Source: Bacteroidia bacterium (GTDB lineage: Bacteria > Bacteroidota > Bacteroidia > Bacteroidales > BM523). From it: 34,627 bases of DNA. The translations under genes were made by a program, and so were the position numbers. The notes under the pieces were generated by a model. The model was not told where the DNA came from. It made no database searches and saw only the letters and a program-made list of their open reading frames with translations. The stretch spans positions 1-34,627 of the forward strand of contig JACQWN010000247.1 in assembly GCA_016209245.1 (NCBI GenBank), written 5' to 3'. Positions 26,101 through 33,100 of the stretch are shown here, in pieces. The first letter of the stretch is position 1. Each line of letters opens with the position of its first letter.

Positions 26101-28459
26101 TAGCCCCTGTAGGATTTCCATAACATAAAATATTCGTTCCTGACAGATTTGCGGTTAATGCAGATATAGGTTGGTTGACAACAGCAGAATCAATAACTGA
26201 ACAATTATTTGCATCTGTTACAGTAATATAATATGTACCTGCGGGTATATTGTTTAAATCTTGACTATTATATATGTTTGACCAATTATAAATAAAAGGC
26301 ATAGTACCTCCGCTTACCGATAAATCAATCATACCTGTTGTACCACCATAACATCCTACATCAGTAGTAGAAATGGAATCAATAAGCAGTTGTGGGGGTG
26401 CAATAAGGTTTGTTGAAGCTTCTGCTATACAATTATTTGCATCGGTAACCGTTACCGAATATAAACCTGCGGTAATACCAAATAAATCTTCAGTAACTGA
26501 ACTGTTGTTCCAAAGATATGAATAAGGTAGTGTTCCGCCGTTTACTACTAAATTGGCAATCCCGTCTGAACCTCCGTTACAATCAGGATTAGTTTTGACA
26601 ATATAAGCTGATAACAGAGCGGCCGGCTGAGTTATAGTAAATGATGAAGATGAAGTGCAGAGATTAATATCTGTAACTGTTACACTATAAGTACCAGCTT
26701 GGACTGTATCTAAATCTTCATTATTATCTCCATTCGACCATTGGTAAGCATATAAAGGGGTTCCGCCTGATGTAGTAATATTTATGGCTCCTGAAGGGGA
26801 ATTAAAGCAATCAACATTTGTGATAATTGAAGTGATGCTAATTCCGGCAGCAGGTTCAGAAATATTTACTGCAGCAATGGTAGTGCAACCTTTTGAATCG
26901 GTTACAGTAACACTGTATATACCTTGCGGTACACCATATAAATCTGGGTTAAGATTACCATTAGACCAATTATAAAAATAAGGTATTGTGCCGCCCGTAA
27001 CAGTCAAACCGGCGGAACCGTTACTTCCTCCCTGACAACTTACGTTTGTGGCTATAATGCTTGTGACTAAGGGCTGCGGTTCGTTAACAGTAACGGAAGC
27101 AGTTGCTGTAACACTATTGGCATCGGTAACAGTGACAAAATAATTTCCGGCAAATAAATTTATCAAATCTTCGATTGTATCTCCGGTTGACCATAGATAA
27201 TTGTATGGAGCAACGCCACCGGATACCATAAGATTTGCAGCACCTGAGCTTTCTCCGTTACAACTTACATCTGTACCGGCTATAAGAACAGTCAAGAAAG
27301 ATGCCGGTTGCGTAATTGTTATACATTGACTGATTGTGCATAAATTAGCGTCAGTAACGGTAACACAATATGTTCCTGCTGTTAAATTAATGATATCTTC
27401 AGTAGTTTCGCCGTTTGACCAGTTATATGTATAGCCCGGTGTACCGCCGGAGACGGTCAGGTCGGCCGAGCCGTCACTGCCTCCAAAAGCGCTGACATTG
27501 CTTCCGGTAATACTTGCCGTTAATGATGAAGCAGGTTGGTTTATTGTAACAGATACTGTATCAGTACAACCCGATGCATCAGTAATTGTAACGCTGTATA
27601 TTCCGGCAGTCACGTTCGATATATCCTGATTTACAGAACTATTCGACCACAAATAAGAATAAGGCGTTATTCCGCCTGCAACGGTCAAATCGGCAAGCCC
27701 ATCATTTCCTCCGAAACAATTTACATCGGTGCTTGTTATAGATGCAGTAATATCGGCAGGCTCCGTAATAGTAACCGATGCGGTAGCTGCAACAAGATTG
27801 GAATCAGTAACAGTTACAGTATATATGCCGGCGGGTAAATTAAAAATATCTTCTGTAGTCTCACCATTTGACCAAATAATTGTATATGGTGCGATACCGC
27901 CGGAAACTGATAAATCAGCCGCGCCGGAACTATCATTATAACATGTAAGGTTTGTTCCGATGATTACAGGAATTAAGGCACCGGGTTCATATATTGTCAC
28001 TGAAGCAACCGTTGTGCAACCATTATTATCCGTGACTGTAACAGTATATGTTCCCTGAGCAAGACTATCAATATCTTCTGTAGTTTCGCCATTTGACCAT
28101 AGATAAGTATATGGGGCAGTTCCTCCGGTCACAGTCAAATCGGCAGAACCATCATCAGCTCCGAAAGCGCTAAGATTTGTACCTGTTATACTTGCAGATA
28201 GAGGAGCGCCCGGTTCATTAATAATAATAAAAGTAGAATCAACACAACCATTGGCATCAGTAATTATCACAGTGTAAATACCGGCACTCAGGCTATATAA
28301 ATCCTGATCGGTTGACCCATCAGACCATAAATAAGTATAAACAGGCGTTCCGCCTGCAACGGATAAATCAGCGCTACCGTCATTACCTCCGAAACAATTT
28401 ACATCGTTTACTGCAACCGAAGCGGTTAATAAAGCAGGTTCGGTAATAGTAACCGAATC
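23102..28459 (-). CDS. C-terminal segment of giant gene 2 (SprB-repeat adhesin with T9SS type B CTD); reading frame open from 28459 and separated from the N-terminal segment by a frameshift
   Basis: The ORF track lists 23102..28270, but that 'M' is an internal GTG (Val in ...GIYTVIITDANGC...). Hand translation shows the frame stays open upstream to 28459 (DSVTITEPALLTASVAVNDVNCFGGNDGSADLSVAGGTPVYTYLWSDGSTDQDLYSLSAGIYTV...), with TAA at 28462-28460. It contains 22 SprB-type units. Its last 93 aa are identical to the gene 1 type B CTD at 83 of 93 positions by my count. Confidence 0.85.
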   Translation of the reverse strand, partial: DSVTITEPALLTASVAVNDVNCFGGNDGSADLSVAGGTPVYTYLWSDGSTDQDLYSLSAGIYTVIITDANGCVDSTFIIINEPGAPLSASITGTNLSAFGADDGSADLTVTGGTAPYTYLWSNGETTEDIDSLAQGTYTVTVTDNNGCTTVASVTIYEPGALIPVIIGTNLTCYNDSSGAADLSVSGGIAPYTIIWSNGETTEDIFNLPAGIYTVTVTDSNLVAATASVTITEPADITASITSTDVNCFGGNDGLADLTVAGGITPYSYLWSNSSVNQDISNVTAGIYSVTITDASGCTDTVSVTINQPASSLTASITGSNVSAFGGSDGSADLTVSGGTPGYTYNWSNGETTEDIINLTAGTYCVTVTDANLCTISQCITITQPASFLTVLIAGTDVSCNGESSGAANLMVSGGVAPYNYLWSTGDTIEDLINLFAGNYFVTVTDANSVTATASVTVNEPQPLVTSIIATNVSCQGGSNGSAGLTVTGGTIPYFYNWSNGNLNPDLYGVPQGIYSVTVTDSKGCTTIAAVNISEPAAGISITSIITNVDCFNSPSGAINITTSGGTPLYAYQWSNGDNNEDLDTVQAGTYSVTVTDINLCTSSSSFTITQPAALLSAYIVKTNPDCNGGSDGIANLVVNGGTLPYSYLWNNSSVTEDLFGITAGLYSVTVTDANNCIAEASTNLIAPPQLLIDSISTTDVGCYGGTTGMIDLSVSGGTMPFIYNWSNIYNSQDLNNIPAGTYYITVTDANNCSVIDSAVVNQPISALTANLSGTNILCYGNPTGAIDLTITGGTSPFAYYWNYGQTTEDLNNIVAGNYSVTVVDTNYCITIASVPVTQPPVITAILSANEILCNGDSTGYINLVVLGGVAPFSYLWNTSPPDTTNALSNMHGGTYTVTVTDANGCINIDSVTVIEPTSLMLGELLVEDVKCHGESTGSIAISFVQGGRPAYSYLWNNSQTASTIFNVTAGIYMLTVTDANGCTITASDTITEPDLSLSVSIVLPSVNCYLEYDAFIDLTVTGGTPNDSVPYYNYVWNYGQTTEDLDSIGPALYIVTITDANNCMLDTSMTIYSKPHISLIKTDLSCYEMNNGTIIADVGGGNLPFSYLWSTNDTTPVITNLQVGTYSLTVTDINNCADTAEISLSQPDSLYASIVVTDALCYGDSTGAINLSVLGGTIPYAYLWNSGHTSQDIMNVTAGVYTATVTDVNNCQAICDSIIISQPTDSLAINFNVTNVSCYGGTDGAIDATVTGGTPFYTYFWNYGWVTQDIDTLMAGEYEVTVTDYYKCKLIDSVIVSQPDPISLPNGINTTPASCGNTNGTAVLPNIAGGLPPYTWLWSNDSANADSIWGLAFGAHNIAVTDANGCIEIFNFSINLTGYIPLTITTTPIKCSGWTATATVTPQAGFTPFTYIWSDGQTDSTATGLIAGNYSVTVFDALNCIGTDTLITIAPSPSPLTVNYIEFTNVTCRGNNNGTVTVHIDGGTQFYGDAPYHYLWNDSLPLGTDSVITGLSPGYYSVAVTDSFGCIINASQPITEPAKSLQIQIDTIVDASCFNGSDGFVMTSGIGGTPPYYFTWSNGQHSTTAVNLTIGTYFLTISDSKGCDTTTFVTVYQPQLIVIRDSIIKTSCRDHHDGEIHLIVTGGTGQYYYNWNNRQITNPATGLVIGTYYVTVTDEHDCPMVDTIEIGYIQLECLTIPTAFTPNDDNYNDDWELLNIELYSQITIQIFNRWGDKVFDFDGSGSEYDGKRWNGTFNGRQLPIGPYMFIIDLHNDREPYAGTITIIR

Positions 28460-30140
28460 TTACACCACCGGAAACAGTTAAATCTGCAGCGCCGGTTGAA
28501 TCTCCATTACAATCAACATTCGTTCCTGCAATAAATGCGATTATAACACCGGGTTCATTGATTACTACTGTTGCAATAACAGTACATCCGTTGAAATCAG
28601 TTACCGTAACGGTATAAATTCCTCCTGAAAGACTGTCTAAATCTTCGATAGTATCGCCGTTTGACCACATAAATGAATAGGGAATTGTTCCGCCCGAAAC
28701 CGTTAAGCCGGCAGACCCATCACCGGCGCCTGCTGCCGTAACATCAGCGCCAATAATGCTTGCTGATAAAGAATCAGAAGGTTCGGTAATAGTAACTGAA
28801 GCAGTTGTAGTACATAAATTAGCATCGGTTATAGTTACATCATATATTCCGGCGGTCAGGTTATATAAATTCTGATCGGTTGAAGCGTCAGACCAAAAAT
28901 AAGTATAAGCAGGCGTTCCGCCAGCAACGGATAAATCAGCGCTGCCGTCATTTCCCCCGAAACAATTTACATCGTTTACTGCAACCGAAGCGGTTAATAA
29001 AGCAGGTTCGGTAATAGTAACCGAAGCGGTAACAGATATCGAATTAGCATCGGTAACTGTTACGGTGTAAACACCGGCAGGTAAACCCGATATATCTTCA
29101 GTTGTTGCCCCATTCGACCATAAATAAGTGTAAGGAATTACACCGCCGGAAACAGTTAAATCTGCAGCACCGGTTGAATCTCCATTACAATCAATATTCG
29201 TTCCTGTAATAAATGCGGTTAAAACACCGGGTTCATTGATTACTACTGTTGCAGTAACAGTACATCCGTTGAAATCAGTTACCGTAACGGTGTAAGTTCC
29301 TCCTGATAAGCTATCTAAATCTTCGGTCGTTTCCCCGTTTGACCATATAAATGAATAGGGAATTGTTCCGCCCAAAACTGTCAAGTCGGCAGAACCATCA
29401 TCGGCTCCTGCTGCCGTAACATCAGTGCCAATAATGCTTGCGGATAATGAATCAGAAGGTTCGGAAACAGTAACCGAAGCAGTTGTAGTACACAAATTAG
29501 CATCGGTTATAGTTACATCATATATTCCGGCGGTCAGGCTAGATAAATCCTGATCGGTTGAAGTGTCAGACCATAAATAAGCATAAGCAGGTGTCCCGCC
29601 GGCAACGGATAAATCAGCGCTGCCGTCATTTCCTCCGAAACAATTTACATCGTTCACTGCAACCGAAGCGGTCAATAAAGCAGATTCGGTAATAGTAACC
29701 GAAGCGATAACAGATATCAAATTAGCATCGGTAACTGTTACGGTGTAAACACCGGCAGGCAAATTAGATATATCTTCAGTTGCCGCCCCATTCGACCATA
29801 AATAAGTGTAAGGAATTACACCGCCCGAAACAGTTAAATCTGCAACGCCGGTTGAATCTCCATTACAATTGATATTAGTGCCTGTAATAAATGCAATAAT
29901 AACACCCGGTTCATTGATAGTGACAGTTGCGGTAACAGTACATCCGTTGAAATCAGTTACCGTAACAGTGTAACTTCCTCCTGATAAGCTATCTAAATCC
30001 TCAGTTGTTTCTCCGTTTGACCATATAAATGAATAGGGAATTGTTCCGCCCGAAACCGTTAAGTCGGCAGAACCATCATCAGCTCCTGCTGCTGTAACAT
30101 CAGCGCCAATAATACTAGCGGATAATGGATTAGAAGGTTC
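27539..30140 (-). repeat. Higher-order tandem array: four copies of a 678-bp (226-aa, three SprB units) module, the third copy carrying a 110-bp deletion
   Basis: Module starts (the Glu codon of EPS/GxxLSASI.G) lie at 30140, 29462, 28784 and 28216, and the next related module starts at 27538. The spacings are 678, 678, 568 and 678 bp. Copies 1-3 are nearly identical by eye and copy 4 is more diverged. Related modules also lie at about 30828-31505 and 26860-27538. Confidence 0.9.
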
Positions 30141-33100
30141 AGTGATAGTAGCTGAAGCAGTTGTAGTACATAAATTAGCATCGGTAACTGTTAGATTATA
30201 GATTCCGGCAGTCAGTCCGTTTATATTTTGTGTAATATATCCGCCTGGCATCCATGAATATATATATGACGCTGTGCCACCGCTTGTGTTAACAGTAGCG
30301 CTGCCGTCATTTCCCCCGAAGCAACTGACATTAACCTGAGAGATAGTAGCAGATAATGCTGAGGCAGGTTGCGTTATTGTAACAGAAGCTATTATAATGC
30401 AACCATTAGAATCGGTAACTGTACACGAATACGTGCCTGCTGTTAAGCTGTTGATAGTTTGAGTTGTAAAGCCTCCGGTCCATGAATATGAGTATGGTAA
30501 AGTTCCACCGCTTGGAGTAGCGGTAGCGCTACCATCATTTCCTCCATTACAATTGACATTGGTTTGTGAGGTTGAAACCGATAAAACAGAAGCGGGTTCA
30601 GTGACGGTAGCAGAGATAATAGCAGTACAATTATTTGCATCGGTTATTGTAACGGTATAAGTACCGGCAAAAAGACCCGAAATATCTTCAGTAATATCTC
30701 CATTCGACCATGAATAAGAATAAGGTGATGTACCACCAGATGGGATTAAATCAATAGCTCCTGTTTTTTCTCCGAAACATAGTATATTTGTTATAGTTGT
30801 GGTTGCAGATAATGCTGCTGCGGGCTGGTTAATAGAACCGGTTGCTGAGACCGTGCAATTATTGAAATCAGTTACGGTAACGCTGTATGTACCGGCTGTC
30901 AGATTAGTTATTGTTTGAGTTAAAGGACCGCTTGACCATAAATAAGTATAGCCAGGAGTACCACCGCTTGGATTAGCAGTAGCGCTGCCGTCATTTCCTC
31001 CAAAACAATTTACATCTGTTCCTGCAATAGTTGCTGTTAATGCAGAAGGTTGAGCAATTGTAACCGTTGCAGTAATAGTGATTAAATTATCATCGGTAAC
31101 AGTTACAGTATAAATGTCGGCAGGCAAATCAGAAATATCTTCAGTTGTTTCCCCATTCGACCATAAATAAGTGTAAGGAATTACACCGCCGGAAACAGTT
31201 AAATTTGCAGCGCCTGTTGAATCTCCATTACAATCAATATTCGTTCCGGCAATAGATGCGATTAAAACACCGGGTTCATTGATTACTACTGTTGCAGTAA
31301 CAGTACATCCGTTGAAATCAGTTACTGTAACTGTGTAAGTTCCTCCTGATAAGCTATCTAAATCTTCGGTCGTTTCTCCGTTTGACCATATATATAAATA
31401 AGGGATTGTTCCGTCTAAAACCGTTAAGTTGGCAGAACCATCATCGGCGCCTGCTGCTGTAACATCAGTGCCAAAAATGCTTGCCGATAAAGCTGCAGCA
31501 GGCTCATTAATAATAACTGAGGCAGTTGTAATACATCCGTTATCATCAGTAATAGTAACACCATAAGTTCCGGCTGTCAGATTTGTTATATCCTGATTAA
31601 AAGAGCCTGTTGACCATTGATAGGTATAAGGAGAAACTCCGCCACTAACGGATAAATCAGCCGTACCATCATTGCCTCCATTACAATTAACATCCGTTCC
31701 TGTAATGTTTGCCGTCAAGACAGTTGGTTCCGTAATATTAACTGATGCAGTTACCGTACAGGAATTTGCATCGGTAACTGTTACTACATAAGTATTAGCA
31801 GTTAAACCTGTAATATCTTCAGTTATTGCAAAATTTGACCATGAATAAGTATAAACTACGGTTCCTCCGCTTACAGTGAGGTCAGCAGCACCATTATTAC
31901 CTCCATTACAAAGAACATTAGTTCCGGAAATAGTGGCAGTCAAAGCTGCCGCAGGCTGTGTTATTGTTATAGAAGCTGTAGTTGTACACGAATTAATATC
32001 TGTAACTGTTACAGAGTAAACTCCTGAAGCAAGACCGGATAAAGGCTCGGTTGTCGCTCCTGTATTCCAGAGAATTGAATATGCAGGAGTTCCGCCATTA
32101 ATAGTTAAATCGGCTGTTCCGGTTGTTTCCCCGAAACAGTTAACATTTGTGCCGCTGATAGTTGCAATTAATGCCAGTGGCTCGTTAATGGTTACCGAAG
32201 CGGTTGCAGTACAACTGTTTACATCAGTAACAGTCACAGAATATAATCCTGCGGTTAGATTTGTAATGTTTTGGTTTACTGAGCTATTGCTCCATAAATA
32301 TGTATAAGGAAGCGTACCGCCTGTAACAGTTAAATCGGCTGAACCGGATGAACCACCGTTACATAGCACATCTGAACCGACGATTGAAGCGTTTAAAACA
32401 GCAGGTTGAGTTATATTCGCCGAAGCATCATCGGTACAGCCCTGGCTGTCGGTGACTGTAACAGTATAGGGTCCTGCGGGCAGTCCGGAATAAGTAACAG
32501 TTCCATCACCTGTATATCCATCAGGAGACCAATCATAAAAGTAAATTGGTGTTCCTCCCCCTGCCGTGACGGTGGCTGAGCCTGTCGAAGCCCCGTTACA
32601 ACCAACATTAGTGACCGAGGTTATTGAAGCATTTAGCACAGGGGGCTGTGTGATTGTCACGGAAGCGGAGGCAATACAATTATTGTTATCATTTACAGTT
32701 ACGGAATATGCTCCGGCAATAAGACCTGATATAGTATTAGTCAATAATGGGCTATTCCATGTAGTGCTTCCGTTTGACCATATATAATCATAAGGAGAAG
32801 CGCCTCCTGCAACGGTAACAGTAGCAGAACCATTACTCAATCCATTGCAGCTCACATTTGTCGAAGATGAAATATTAGCTGTCGGGGCAGCGGCATCAAC
32901 AACATTAACAACAGCAGTAGCAGAACAAGAATTATCATCGGTAACAGTAACTGTATATGCACCTGCAGAAACATTAGTGATTGTATTTGATAAAAAAGTT
33001 GTATCATAAGTATTACTGCCGTTAGACCATTCATAATCGTAATTTGGCGTGCCGCCTGCAACATTTACTGTAGCACTTCCATCGCTGGCGCTACAAGTAG

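Noticed and set aside
28271-28382. An apparent 112-bp intergenic gap between the two large ORFs of gene 2.
   Set aside because: It is not intergenic. The downstream frame is open through this stretch up to 28459 and encodes normal repeat sequence. The gap is an artefact of start-codon-based ORF calling.
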